Origin: an uncultured Planctomycetota bacterium
GTDB taxonomy: Bacteria > Planctomycetota > PLA2 > JAEUHO01
Direction of reading: 5' to 3'
DNA length: 64,000 nucleotides
NCBI GenBank assembly: GCA_963752285.1
Contig: CAVVXN010000005.1
Span: 1,984,001-2,048,000, forward strand
Below are positions 38,328 to 48,603 of this stretch, piece by piece. Each line of letters opens with the position of its first letter. Positions within the stretch are counted from its first letter, which is position 1. The position numbers were made by a program, and so were the translations under genes. A model generated the notes under the pieces. It searched no databases. It had not been told where the DNA came from and saw nothing but the letters and a program-made list of their open reading frames with translations.

Positions 38328-39587
38328 ATGAAGGACGTCGTCACCGCGATCCTCGGCGGGGGGCAGGGCGCGCGCCTCTGGCCCCTGACCCGCCACCGGG
38401 CCAAGCCGGCGGTGCCCGTCGGCGGCAAGTTCCGCCTGATCGACGTCCCGATCTCGAACAGTCTCCACGCCGGCGCGAACCGGATCTACGTGCTGACGCA
38501 GTTCAACAGCGCGAGCCTCCACCGGCACATCGCCCAGTCGTACCGGTTCGACATGTTCTCGGGCGGGTTCGTGGACCTCCTGGCGGCGGAGCAGGGGCTC
38601 GGGGACCGGACCTGGTACCAGGGCACGGCGGACGCGATCCGCCAGAACCTGGGTCGTCTCACGAGCGAGACCACGCGCGACGTCCTCGTCCTGTCCGGGG
38701 ACCACCTCTACCTGATGGACCTCGCGGCGTTCGTCCGGCGTCACCGGGAGTGCGAGGCCGACATCACGATCGCCGTGTCGCCGGTCCCGCGCGCCGAGGC
38801 CCACGCCTTCGGGATCATGCAGCTCGACGCGCGCGGGCGGATCGTCGAGTTCGTGGAGAAGCCGAAGGAGGAGTCGGCGAAGGAGGCGCTCGTACCCGCC
38901 CCGGCGACGCGGGAGGCGCTCGGCGGGGCCGTCCCGCCCGACCACCTGTTGGCGAGCATGGGCATCTACCTGTTCCGGCGCGAGGTGCTCGAGCAGCTGC
39001 TCACGGGAACGGACGGCGCCGACTTCGGCCATCACGTCATCCCCGCCGCCATCGGGTGCCGCGCGGTCTACGCGTTCGCCCACCCCGGCTACTGGCGAGA
39101 CATCGGGACGATCTCCGCGTTCTACGAGGCGAGCCTCGACCTCACGCGCCCCCTGCCGCCCCTGAACCTCTACAGCGCCGAGCGGCCGATCTTCACGCAC
39201 TCGCGGTTCCTGCCGGGCACCAAGATCAACCGGTGCCAGGTCGAGCAGTCGATCCTCTGCGAGGGGAGCATCCTCACGGCGAGCCTGGTGCGGCGCTCGA
39301 TCGTCGGGATCCGGGCGATCGTGCGGGAGGACACCGAGATCGAGTCGAGCATCGTGATGGGAGCCCACGCGTACTCGGCCGAACAGCCGGGGACGCCGCC
39401 CCTGGGGATCGGCCGAGGCTGCACCATCCGGAAGGCGATCGTGGACCTCGGCGCGTACGTGGGCGACGGGTCCCGCCTCGTGAACACGCGGGGCGTGGAG
39501 GAGGAAGACGGCGAGAACCACTGCATCCGCGGTGGCGTCATCGTGGTCCCGCGCGGCGCACGCATCCCCGCCGGCACCGAGATCTGA
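38328..39587 (+). CDS. glgC: Glucose-1-phosphate adenylyltransferase
   Basis: GGGQGARLWPLT..RAKPAVP, WYQGTADA, LSGDH, EKP and YWRDIGT motifs. Confidence 0.96.
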   Translation: MKDVVTAILGGGQGARLWPLTRHRAKPAVPVGGKFRLIDVPISNSLHAGANRIYVLTQFNSASLHRHIAQSYRFDMFSGGFVDLLAAEQGLGDRTWYQGTADAIRQNLGRLTSETTRDVLVLSGDHLYLMDLAAFVRRHRECEADITIAVSPVPRAEAHAFGIMQLDARGRIVEFVEKPKEESAKEALVPAPATREALGGAVPPDHLLASMGIYLFRREVLEQLLTGTDGADFGHHVIPAAIGCRAVYAFAHPGYWRDIGTISAFYEASLDLTRPLPPLNLYSAERPIFTHSRFLPGTKINRCQVEQSILCEGSILTASLVRRSIVGIRAIVREDTEIESSIVMGAHAYSAEQPGTPPLGIGRGCTIRKAIVDLGAYVGDGSRLVNTRGVEEEDGENHCIRGGVIVVPRGARIPAGTEI

Positions 39588-39594
39588 CGTGCCG

Positions 39595-41079
39595 ATGGGC
39601 CGATCCTCCGTTCCGTTGCGCATCGGGATGGTCTCGGCCGAGATGGCGCCCCTCGCGAAGACGGGCGGCCTCGGCGACGTCGCCGCGGCCCTCGCCCGCT
39701 ACCTCCACGCCGACGGCCAGGACGTGCGGCCGTTCCTGCCGCTCTACGCGACGCTCCGCGTCGATGAGAAGGACCTGGTCCCGGTCTCGTTCCTCCAGGA
39801 CGTGCCCCTGCGGATGGGCGGTCACGCGCTCTCGTTCTCGGTCTACACGACCCCGCTCCCGGTCGGGGACGGGGGCGCCGACCGCGTGCCGGTCTACCTC
39901 GTCTCCTGCCCGCCGCTCTACGCCCGGCGCTCGTACTACCCGGAGGACGGCGACGAGCACCTCCGATTCGCGTTCCTCTCCCGCGCCGCGATCGAGTGCT
40001 GCCAGCGGATGGGGTGGGCGCCCGACGTCTTCCACGTGCACGACTGGCACGCGGCGCTCGTCCCGCTCTACCTCCGGACCGTCTACGCGTGGGACCGCCT
40101 CTTCGCGGCCACACGCACGGTCCTCACGATCCACAACCTCGCGTATCAGGGGGTGTTCGGGGCCCACGTGCTGGCGGACCTCGACCTGGGGATGCAGGCG
40201 GAGCTCTTCCACCAGGACCATCTCCGTGCGGGACGAATCGGCTTCCTCGAGACCGGGATCCTCTACGCGGACGTGATCACCACCGTGAGCGAGACGTACG
40301 CGCGCGAGGTCCAGACGCCCGAGATGGGGATGGGACTCGACGGCCTGCTCCGCGCGCGCGGCGCCGGCGTGGTCGGGATCCCGAACGGGATCGACACGCA
40401 GGAGTGGTCGCCCGAGACCGACCCGCTGATCCCCGTGCGCTACGGCGCCGACGACCTCGCCGGGAAGCGCAGGGACCGCGCGCTGCTGCTCGAGGAGATG
40501 AACCTCCTTGCGGATCCGCGTGGACCGGTGCTCGGGATCGTCTCGCGCCTCGTGTCGCAGAAGGGCTTCGAGCTGCTGTTCGACGTGCTCCCCGCGCTCC
40601 TCGCGAGCCAGGACGTCCGCGTGGCCGTGCTCGGCTCGGGCGAGTCGCGCTACGAGACGTACTTCGCGACCCTCGCCCGCGCGTTCCCCGGTCGTGCCGC
40701 GTGGCGCGGCGGGTACGACAACGCCCTCGCGCACCGGATCGAGGCCGGCGCGGACCTCTTCCTCATGCCGTCGCGCTTCGAGCCGTGCGGCCTGAACCAG
40801 ATGTACAGCCTCCGCTACGGCACCCCGCCCGTCGTGCGGAAGACGGGTGGGCTCGCGGACACCGTGGAGCACTTCGACCCGGCGACGGGACAGGGCACGG
40901 GCTTCGTCTTCGAGCACTTCACGTCGGCCGGCCTCACGTGGGCGCTCGGCCAGGCGCTCCAGGCGTGGCGCCAGCCGAAGGCGTGGCGACGCCTCGTCCG
41001 AAACGGCATGGCGAAGGACTTCTCCTGGGAGGCGCAGATCCGCCGCTACGTGGACCTCTACCGCCGTCTCTCGGGCTGA
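39595..41079 (+). CDS. glgA: Glycogen synthase
   Basis: KTGGLGDV, HDWH, TIHNLAYQG, SRLVSQKG and PSRFEPCGLNQ motifs. Confidence 0.96.
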   Translation: MGRSSVPLRIGMVSAEMAPLAKTGGLGDVAAALARYLHADGQDVRPFLPLYATLRVDEKDLVPVSFLQDVPLRMGGHALSFSVYTTPLPVGDGGADRVPVYLVSCPPLYARRSYYPEDGDEHLRFAFLSRAAIECCQRMGWAPDVFHVHDWHAALVPLYLRTVYAWDRLFAATRTVLTIHNLAYQGVFGAHVLADLDLGMQAELFHQDHLRAGRIGFLETGILYADVITTVSETYAREVQTPEMGMGLDGLLRARGAGVVGIPNGIDTQEWSPETDPLIPVRYGADDLAGKRRDRALLLEEMNLLADPRGPVLGIVSRLVSQKGFELLFDVLPALLASQDVRVAVLGSGESRYETYFATLARAFPGRAAWRGGYDNALAHRIEAGADLFLMPSRFEPCGLNQMYSLRYGTPPVVRKTGGLADTVEHFDPATGQGTGFVFEHFTSAGLTWALGQALQAWRQPKAWRRLVRNGMAKDFSWEAQIRRYVDLYRRLSG

Positions 41080-41089
41080 GCCGGGTCGC

Positions 41090-41400
41090 GGCGAGTCGCA
41101 CCCGTCTCGGCCCGCGCGCCACGGGGAGGAGCAGGGAGAGCGTGAACGTCCCGTCGAGGACGAGGATCGTTCCGGGCCCGCTCCCGTCGTCGGCGGCCTG
41201 GATCGCGTCCGTGAGCTCGGCGACCGTCGCCACGGTCGCCGTCGCCCCGGTCGGGGCCACGAGGGCCTCGCGGTCGCAGGACGGCAAAGGGTCGGTGGGG
41301 ACCGGCGGATCCGAGAGGTCCTGGGACGAGGCGCCCCCGCCCCCGCACGCGGCGTGGAGGACGGGGACCGCGGGAAGCACACGGCGACGGCGCGCGACGC
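41090..41400 (-). pseudogene. Possible remnant: N-terminus of a lipoprotein/beta-helix protein
   Basis: AAC-GGGG lipobox-like site, then TVATVAELTDAIQAA...GTILVLDGTFTL; protein-like character is lost as it runs into glgA. Confidence 0.35.
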
Positions 41401-41580
41401 GCCCCGGGACCACGCGTCCCGCCCCCCATGTCCATCGAGTGTCGCTCACGATCACGTTCCGGGCCGCCCCGGGTTCGCGGACCCATCAGAAGTCCCGGTC
41501 GGGGCCTCTCTCGACGGCGGAGGCCGTCGCGAGCGGTGCGCCGCCGGGTCGCGCGCGCACGCCCTCGATACCCTGAGGCC

Positions 41581-42882
41581 ATGGCGCAGAGGATCGTCAT
41601 CCTGGGCGGCGGCTTCGGTGGCGCGTGGTGCGCCCGCGCGCTCGAGCGCCAGGTGCCGGACGCCGACGTCCTGCTCCTCGACCGGAACAACTACTTCGTC
41701 TTCTACCCGCTGCTCGTCGAGGCGGGCACGGGGGCGCTCGAGCCCCGGCACGTCGTGGTGCGCCAACGCTCGCTGCTCCGGCGCGCGCGCTTCCACATGG
41801 GCGAGGTCGTGGGGCTCGACACGGAGCAGCGCGAGGTCCACTACCGGCTGGGCGGGGATGGACGCCCTCGCACGGCCGCGTACGACCATCTGGTGGTCGC
41901 GCTGGGCAGCGTGACGGGCCTGCCTCCCGTGCCGGGCCTCGCGGAGCACGGCTGGGAGATCAAGAGCATCGCCGACGCGATCGCGCTCCAGGACCGTGCG
42001 ATCCGCATGCTCGAGCTCGCGGCCGGGACCGAAGACGACGCGCGTCGCCGCGCGCTCCTGCACTTCGTGATCGTCGGGGGGAGCTTCACCGGCGCGGAGC
42101 TCGCCGGCGAGTACCAGGCCTTCCTCCGGTCGGTGGCGCGGCGCTATCCCCAGCTCGACCCCCGCGCGTGCCGGGTCACGCTCGTGGAGCGCCTGGACCG
42201 GATCCTCCCCGCTCTCTCCCCGTCCCTGTCCGCGTACGCGACGCGGAGGATGCGCCGGCGTGGGATCGACATCCGGCTCGGCCAGAGCGTCGCGAGAATC
42301 GAGGCCGACCGGGTCCACCTCGACGACGGGCAGGTCCTCGACGCGTCCACGACGGTCTGGTGCGCGGGTGTGGCGCCGAACCCCGTCGTGCGGTCCCTGG
42401 GTCTCCCGACGTCGGACGGGGGCTGGATCCGCTGCCGCGAGGACCTCCGGGTGGAGGGCTTCGAGAACGTCTGGGCGATCGGCGACGCCGCGGAGAACCG
42501 CGGTCCCGACGGCCGGCCGTACCCCGCGACGGCGCAACACGCCACCCGGGAGGGCGCGCACCTGGCGAAGAACCTCGCCGCGGCCCTCGCGGGGCGACCG
42601 ACGACGCCGTGCCGGATCGAGAGCGTGGGGTCGCTCGCACCCCTCGGGTGCCGCACGGCCGTCGCGCAGGTATTCGGCCTGAAGGTGTCCGGGTTCCTCG
42701 CCTGGTGGCTCTTCCGCACGGTCTACCTCCTGAAGATGCCGGGTCTCGTCCGCAAGGCCCGCGTGCTCGTGGACTGGAACCTGAACCTCGTCCTGCCGCG
42801 CGAGCCCGTCCAGCTCGGCATCGCGCCCACGTGGGCGCGGCGCCCGCCGGAGACCTTCGCCGGCGGCGACCGCCCCGCCTGA
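41581..42882 (+). CDS. ndh: Type II NADH dehydrogenase-like FAD oxidoreductase
   Basis: GGGFGG, YDHLVVALG, GGSFTGAELAGE, WAIGD and ATAQHA motifs. Confidence 0.9.
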   Translation: MAQRIVILGGGFGGAWCARALERQVPDADVLLLDRNNYFVFYPLLVEAGTGALEPRHVVVRQRSLLRRARFHMGEVVGLDTEQREVHYRLGGDGRPRTAAYDHLVVALGSVTGLPPVPGLAEHGWEIKSIADAIALQDRAIRMLELAAGTEDDARRRALLHFVIVGGSFTGAELAGEYQAFLRSVARRYPQLDPRACRVTLVERLDRILPALSPSLSAYATRRMRRRGIDIRLGQSVARIEADRVHLDDGQVLDASTTVWCAGVAPNPVVRSLGLPTSDGGWIRCREDLRVEGFENVWAIGDAAENRGPDGRPYPATAQHATREGAHLAKNLAAALAGRPTTPCRIESVGSLAPLGCRTAVAQVFGLKVSGFLAWWLFRTVYLLKMPGLVRKARVLVDWNLNLVLPREPVQLGIAPTWARRPPETFAGGDRPA

Positions 42883-42889
42883 CGGCGGG

Positions 42890-43531
42890 TCAGATCAGGC
42901 CGCGACCGAGCGCGGCGAGGGCGGCGCGGGTGCGGTCGCGGACGCCGAGCTTGGAGAGGACGCTCGACACGTGGTTCTTGACGGTGCCCTCGGCGAGCGA
43001 GAGCACCGCGGCGATCTCGACGTTGCTGAAGCCGCGCGCGACGAAGCGGAGGATCTCGATCTCGCGGTCGGTCAGGTCGTTCACGGCTCGCGTCGCGAAG
43101 GCGGGCTCCCCCACCCGGGCGAGGCCGCCGAGGATCCGCTGGCGGGACCCCGGCTGGACCCACGTGCCACCCGCCGCGACCGCGCGGACCGCCTCCACGA
43201 GCTGGTCGATCGACGCGTCCTTGATCAGCCATCCGCGCGCGCCCTCGGCGAGCCCGCGCTCGAGGACCCGGTCGTCGTCGAACGTGGTCAGGAGGATGAC
43301 CGCCGGCGGGTCGGGCCGGCGCGCGAGCGCACGCAGCACGCCGAGGCCGTCGATCCGCGGAAGGCGCACGTCGAGGAGCACGACGTCGGGACGTGCCGCG
43401 GGGATCGCCTCGAGCGCGGCCGCGCCGTCCGCCGCCTGGCCGACGACCTCGAGGCCCTCGGCCAGCGAGAGGAGGCTCGCGAGCCCCGAGCGCACGAGCT
43501 CGTGGTCGTCCACGAGGAAGACGCGGATCAC
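42890..43531 (-). CDS. NarL/LuxR family response regulator
   Basis: VDDH, LLDVRLP and LTTF receiver; LTDRE...TVKNHVS HTH. Confidence 0.93.
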   Translation of the reverse strand: MIRVFLVDDHELVRSGLASLLSLAEGLEVVGQAADGAAALEAIPAARPDVVLLDVRLPRIDGLGVLRALARRPDPPAVILLTTFDDDRVLERGLAEGARGWLIKDASIDQLVEAVRAVAAGGTWVQPGSRQRILGGLARVGEPAFATRAVNDLTDREIEILRFVARGFSNVEIAAVLSLAEGTVKNHVSSVLSKLGVRDRTRAALAALGRGLI

Positions 43532-44658
43532 GCGCTCCCTCCCGGCAGCGGGAGCTCCCCGCGCACGAGGAACCCGCCTCCCGGGGCGTTCTCCGCCACG
43601 AAGGTCCCCCCGAGGCGCGTCACGCGCTCCCGCAGGCCGACGAGGCCGGAGCCGCCCGCGCGGGCCTCCGCCCGGCCGTGGCCGTCGTCCCGGACCTCGA
43701 GCACGAGCCGGCCGCCCTCCTCGCGCACCGAGACCCGGACGGCCTCCGCGCCCGCGTGCCGGATCGCGTTGGTGACCGCCTCCTGGACGCAGCGGAGCGC
43801 AGCCTCCGCCGCCGGCCGATCGGCGCGCGCGAGGTCCCCGCTCACGTCGACCTCGATCCTCGGGCGCGGCACCGACGCGGCGATGCCGCGGAGCGCTTCC
43901 ACGAGCGGCACGGCCGCGTCCTCGCGCGTCGCGGAGACGAGCTGACGCAGATCCGCGAGCACGCGGCCCGCGAGCTCGGCGCCCGTCTGAAGATGATCGC
44001 GGGACGTCGCGCCCTCGTGTCGCAGCGCGGCCTCCAGGTTGACGCGGAGGGCGACGAGGTCGTGGCCGATCGCGTCGTGGAGATCGGCCGCGATGCGGTC
44101 GCGCTCCGCGTGTCGGATGTGGTCCGCGGCGAGCGTGCGCTCCGCGGTCAGGGCGACGTACGCCGCCGCCAGGTCGCGGCGCGCGCGCGCCTCTCGTTCG
44201 ACGAGCGCGCCCACGAAGTACGCGAAGAGCATGAACCCCGCGAAGGTGCCCGTCATGGCGACGACGCTCCACGCGGGGGCGTGCCGCCAGAGGAACGCGG
44301 CCGCCGCCGCCTGGGCGGCGATCCAGACGAACGCCGGCGCCGCCGGCAGCGCGAACGGGAGCTGCGCGGCCACGACGACCGTCAGCACGAAGGTCGCGGA
44401 GGAAGGGATGAGCGCGGCGAGGGCGAACGCCGCCAACGTCTCGACGGCGAGAAGGGCGCGGAAGGCCGTGACCGCGCGACGGGGGGACGTCGCCACGAGG
44501 AACGCCCCGAGGAAGACGACGAGGGCGGCCACGCCGCCGAACCGGACGCCGGAGGAGAGATCGAGCGAGACGAGGGGCGGCACGGCGGCGGAGGTGGCGG
44601 CGATCCAGCCGGCGAGTCGCAGGCCGAGGAGCGTGGAGGGGGACGGGCGCGGGGGCAT
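43528..44658 (-). CDS. Membrane sensor histidine kinase (HisKA_3, DesK/NarX-like)
   Basis: About 5 TM segments; ERDRIAADLHDAIGH, QEAVTNAIRH, DDGHG and GLVGLRER. GTGA coupling to the regulator gene. Confidence 0.92.
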   Translation of the reverse strand: MPPRPSPSTLLGLRLAGWIAATSAAVPPLVSLDLSSGVRFGGVAALVVFLGAFLVATSPRRAVTAFRALLAVETLAAFALAALIPSSATFVLTVVVAAQLPFALPAAPAFVWIAAQAAAAAFLWRHAPAWSVVAMTGTFAGFMLFAYFVGALVEREARARRDLAAAYVALTAERTLAADHIRHAERDRIAADLHDAIGHDLVALRVNLEAALRHEGATSRDHLQTGAELAGRVLADLRQLVSATREDAAVPLVEALRGIAASVPRPRIEVDVSGDLARADRPAAEAALRCVQEAVTNAIRHAGAEAVRVSVREEGGRLVLEVRDDGHGRAEARAGGSGLVGLRERVTRLGGTFVAENAPGGGFLVRGELPLPGGSA

Positions 44659-44791
44659 GCGGAAGGGATACGGGCTCCGCGGTCTCCCGACCCGTGCCGG
44701 AAGTCATGGAAGCGCACCATGACCTCCGGCACGCGCGCGAGGACGGCTTCTCTAGCAGGATCGGTGCACGACGCCCAGACGGAGCCTCCCC

Positions 44792-45634
44792 ATCGAGACG
44801 AAGCCGTTCGCCCTCGGACTCTCCCTGCTCGCGATCGCCCTCGCCGGCGCTGGCGTCGTGGCCGGTCTGGCCGCGGGTTCCCACGTCACGATCTCTCCCT
44901 CCGACGCCGCGCGGACGGCCGATCGGGACGCGCCCAGGACGGCCGAGGCCGCACCGGTGGCGGTCCTCGTCGGGGCGCCGGACGCGCAGCCGTCGGAGGC
45001 GCCCCGCCCGGTGCCGGCGGTCCCGGCGCCGGACGCGGAGTCGCCGACGACCCCGGAGGACGCAGGCCCGACCGCCGACGAGCTGGAGCGGATCGAGAAG
45101 GCGGTCCTCGCCGGAGAGGCGAGCCCCGAGGAGGTCGCGCGGTTCTGGAAGCTCGCGCGGACCTCGCGCGGGCTCGACGACCTGATCCTTCGGCTCGAGA
45201 AGGGCGTCGCCGAGGCGACCGACCCCGTCGCGGCGCGGATGAACCTCGCGCGGGCCTACGTGGCGAAGCTCTACACGGTGCCGAACGGCCCCGAGCGGGG
45301 GGCGTGGGCGAGCCGGGCCGAGACGGAGTGGCGCGCGGTGCTCGCAGAGGACGCGCGAAACGAGGAGGCGCGGATGAGCCTCGCGATCAGCCTCTCCCAG
45401 TGGCCCGACTTCTTCGGGAAGACGCCGGAGGCGATCCGCCAGCTCGAGACCCTCAAGACCCAGCAGGAGGCCGACGCCCCCGAGGCCGGGCAGGCCGCCA
45501 CGTGGCTTCGCCTTTCCGAGCTCTACCTCGGGCGCGGCCGACGAGACGACGCGACACGTCTCCTGCGAGACGGCGCGGCCCGGTTCCCCGACGACACCCG
45601 CTTCGCGGAGGCGCTCCACGCCGCCGGCGGGTAG
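44792..45634 (+). CDS. Membrane-anchored TPR-like protein
   Basis: Helical TPR-like repeats. The hydrophobic N-terminal anchor begins at an ATC codon (44792) after GGAG; the first canonical start is GTG 44858. Confidence 0.72.
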   Translation: METKPFALGLSLLAIALAGAGVVAGLAAGSHVTISPSDAARTADRDAPRTAEAAPVAVLVGAPDAQPSEAPRPVPAVPAPDAESPTTPEDAGPTADELERIEKAVLAGEASPEEVARFWKLARTSRGLDDLILRLEKGVAEATDPVAARMNLARAYVAKLYTVPNGPERGAWASRAETEWRAVLAEDARNEEARMSLAISLSQWPDFFGKTPEAIRQLETLKTQQEADAPEAGQAATWLRLSELYLGRGRRDDATRLLRDGAARFPDDTRFAEALHAAGG

Positions 45635-45651
45635 CGGCCGAGGGGCGACCC

Positions 45652-47493
45652 TCACTCCGCCTTCGTGCCCTTCACGTACCCCACACCGTTGAAGAACCCG
45701 ATCGCGGCCTCGGCGCCCTGCGAGGGGACCGGGTGCGGCACGTCGAACTCGGCCCAGCGTCCTCCGCCGAGCTCCACGCGGAGCTTCTTCGCCGCGATCT
45801 GATAGCGCACCTCGAGCGTGTGCCACGAGGGCTCGGTCGCCGTCCCGACCGCGAGGGGCTGGTCGTAGGACACGGACCCGAGATTCCGCCAGAGGCCGTT
45901 TCGGAACCAGAAGAGCACGATCCGCTTCGGCAGGACCGCGACCTTCAGGAACTCCTCGCTGTGCCGGCCCTCCCAGAGCACGGGATACACGTCGAGCTGC
46001 TGCTGCCCGGAGGGGTGGAACGAGAACGTCGTCTCGATGCGCGCGCCGTCGGCCCGATCGAGCTCCGCGGGCAGGACGACCCGCGCGGCCACGTCGGGCA
46101 CGCTCACGATCCGCCAGCCGCCCCCGTCGGTGTCGAGGTAGCCCGCCGTCGCGGCGGGCGGTCGGCTCTTCCCGGACCTCGCCGCCGCCTCGACGCGATC
46201 GAGGAGCGTGGCGAGCGACCCGAAGCTGCGGGCCGCCTCCTCGCCCGCGCGGATCGACGCGTCGGGCGCCACGACCTCGGACGAGACGGCGGACACGAGC
46301 GCCGCGAAGGGCTTCGCCTGGGACGCCATCTCGCGGACCAGCAGGTAGGCCGTCGTGTAGTACCCGGTCCGCCCGCTCTGCATCGACCCGCCGAGGAGGT
46401 CCGCGAGCGGGGGCACGGCCCCGACGCGGTCGGCGTGCAGCCAGCCGCCGAGGAAGAGGTCGTGGACCGCGCGGCCGTCGGCCGGCGACTCGGCCGCGAG
46501 CGCGCGCTCGGCACCGACCTCGGCGAGCCCCTCGGCGAACCAGTCGGGCCAGCACGTCGCGCCGCAGGCCCGGCCGGCCACCTGGTGGTGGAGCTCGTGG
46601 AGCACCAGCGCGCGGATCTTGAGAGGGAGCACCGAGGTGGCCAGCGCGTCGTCGTCGCTCCGGGGCCCATAGCGCAGGTAGGACCACCGGGTGATCGACG
46701 AGGTGAACGCCCACGCGTCGTGGAACGCGCCGCCCGTGACGAGCGAGTCGAGTCGATCGTAGGCGTTCGCGTCGGCGACGAGACACAGGTCGTAGGGCCC
46801 GTCGGGCGCGTCCACGCCGAGCAGGTCCGCCTGCACCTTCAACGACGCCGCGGCGGACCGCGCGAGGCGCTCGAGCGCTTCGGGCGCGTGCACGTCGGAG
46901 TGGATCCGGACCGGCCCCGACGTGGTGGTCGCGAGCGGCGAGACGATCGCGTCGTGTCGGTCTCTCGGGACGTAGCGGTAGCCGAGCGAGATCCCCCCGG
47001 CCGAGATCGAGACCTGGACGGCCCCGTCGGCGGCCGACACGGCGCCCGACGCGTCCACCTCGGCCGGGTCCACGATCCAGAAGGGCCGCGCGGCGAGGCG
47101 CCGTCCCGAGGCGTCGTCGAGCACGAGCAAGGGGGCCTTCTCTCCGTACGCGAGGCCGAGGTGGTACGCGCCCCCCGGGACGGCCGTCTCGCAGAACCAG
47201 CCCGGCCCGGGGAGGACGACCCGGGCGACGTCCTCCACCTCGCGCCCCTCGCGAACGACGTCCAGCATGCCGCGGGAGAAGAGCGGCGCGACCCGGACGG
47301 TGAGATCCACGCCGCCCGCCACGGCGTGCCCGCCGAAGCCCGCCGATCGGACGGCGTCGAGGAAGGCCTTCCCCGCCTCCGTCGCGGGCGCGTTGGGCGG
47401 CGGGTCGCCCCGCGCCGCGGGCGTTCGAAGCGCGAGCGTCGCCGCCACCGCGAGGGCGGCGAAGAGGGCGAGGGTGGGCGCTCCTCGGGTCAT
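45652..47493 (-). CDS. Secreted gluzincin-type zinc metallopeptidase-like protein
   Basis: Signal peptide; HELHH followed by WFAEGLAE; beta-rich C-terminal domain. Confidence 0.7.
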   Translation of the reverse strand: MTRGAPTLALFAALAVAATLALRTPAARGDPPPNAPATEAGKAFLDAVRSAGFGGHAVAGGVDLTVRVAPLFSRGMLDVVREGREVEDVARVVLPGPGWFCETAVPGGAYHLGLAYGEKAPLLVLDDASGRRLAARPFWIVDPAEVDASGAVSAADGAVQVSISAGGISLGYRYVPRDRHDAIVSPLATTTSGPVRIHSDVHAPEALERLARSAAASLKVQADLLGVDAPDGPYDLCLVADANAYDRLDSLVTGGAFHDAWAFTSSITRWSYLRYGPRSDDDALATSVLPLKIRALVLHELHHQVAGRACGATCWPDWFAEGLAEVGAERALAAESPADGRAVHDLFLGGWLHADRVGAVPPLADLLGGSMQSGRTGYYTTAYLLVREMASQAKPFAALVSAVSSEVVAPDASIRAGEEAARSFGSLATLLDRVEAAARSGKSRPPAATAGYLDTDGGGWRIVSVPDVAARVVLPAELDRADGARIETTFSFHPSGQQQLDVYPVLWEGRHSEEFLKVAVLPKRIVLFWFRNGLWRNLGSVSYDQPLAVGTATEPSWHTLEVRYQIAAKKLRVELGGGRWAEFDVPHPVPSQGAEAAIGFFNGVGYVKGTKAE

Positions 47494-47637
47494 CGGTCCT
47501 CCCCGGCGGCGGAGACCCTCCGCCCCCTTCGAACGCTACCCAGGACGCGAACCCCGCGCACGCCTCGAGGCTCGGGGCCCCGGTTGCGGTCGGCAGGCCC
47601 CGCTCCTCCCGGGACGCTGACCGGGGAGGCGACGACC

Positions 47638-48594
47638 TTGGACGTACCGCTCTGGGCATGGATCGCGTTCGGGCTCACCGTGCTCGTTCTCCTGGGGCTC
47701 GATCTGCTCGCCCACCGGGGCGAGAAGGAGGAGTCGTGGCCGCGCGCCGTCACGTGGAGCGGGATCTGGGTGGGCACGGGGCTCCTCTTCGGGGGGTTCG
47801 TCTGGGCCCTCTTGGGCGGCGCCGCGGCGGGCGACTACCTCGCGGCCTGGCTCATCGAGAACTCGCTGAGCATCGACAACCTCTTCGTGTTCCTGATCAT
47901 CTTCCGAAGCCTCGCCGTGCCCCGGAGGTACCAGGCGGACGTCCTCCTCTGGGGCATCTTCGGCGCGGTCGTCTTCCGCGCGGGCTTCATCGTCCTCGGC
48001 GCGGCGGCGCTCGACCGCTGGGCGTGGGTGTCGTACCTGCTCGGTGGGTTCCTCCTGATCGCGGCGTGGCGGGTCGCTCGCGAGGACCCCGAACCGAAGG
48101 AGGAGAACGCGACGGTGCGGTGGCTGTCCAAGCACCTGCCCGTCACGCACGAGATCCACGGCAAGCACTTCGTGGCCCGCGTCGGCGGCCGGCGCGTCCT
48201 CACGCCGCTCCTGGTCGCACTGATCGCCCTCGAGCTGTCGGACGTGCTGTTCGCCGTAGACTCCGTGCCCGCCGCCCTGTCGGTGACCCGCGTCCGGTTC
48301 CTCGTGTACACGTCGAACATCTTCGCGATCCTCGGGCTCCGCGCGATGTACATCGTGCTCGCACGAAGCATCGGCCGCCTGCGCTACCTCCACTACGGCC
48401 TCGCCCTCGTGCTCGCCTTCGCGGCGTTCAAGATGATCGCCGATAGGTGGGTCCACGTCTCGGGCCTCCAGTCGGTCGCCCTCATCGTCGCCATCATCGG
48501 CGCGGCGGCGTGGGCGAGCCTCCGCGCGGACCGGGCCGAGGCGCGGGGGGCGCGCGCCGCGCCCGTGGGCCCCGACGCGTCGGACCCGGAGTAG
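47638..48594 (+). CDS. TerC/Alx family metal homeostasis membrane protein
   Basis: TTG start after GGGGAGG; IENSLSIDNLFVF, DVLFAVDSVPA and TSNIFAILGLR motifs. Confidence 0.93.
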   Translation: MDVPLWAWIAFGLTVLVLLGLDLLAHRGEKEESWPRAVTWSGIWVGTGLLFGGFVWALLGGAAAGDYLAAWLIENSLSIDNLFVFLIIFRSLAVPRRYQADVLLWGIFGAVVFRAGFIVLGAAALDRWAWVSYLLGGFLLIAAWRVAREDPEPKEENATVRWLSKHLPVTHEIHGKHFVARVGGRRVLTPLLVALIALELSDVLFAVDSVPAALSVTRVRFLVYTSNIFAILGLRAMYIVLARSIGRLRYLHYGLALVLAFAAFKMIADRWVHVSGLQSVALIVAIIGAAAWASLRADRAEARGARAAPVGPDASDPE

Positions 48595-48603
48595 CCGAGT
48601 ACC

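Noticed and set aside
47494..47637. yybP-ykoY Mn riboswitch upstream of the TerC gene
   Set aside because: I could not find the conserved GGGGAGUA-type core.
42890..48594. Very long Arg/Pro/Gly-rich ORFs (1589 aa, 1733 aa, and similar ones throughout the window)
   Set aside because: These are shadow frames of real genes, caused by scarce stop codons in high-GC DNA. Only their terminal parts (response regulator, TerC) are real.
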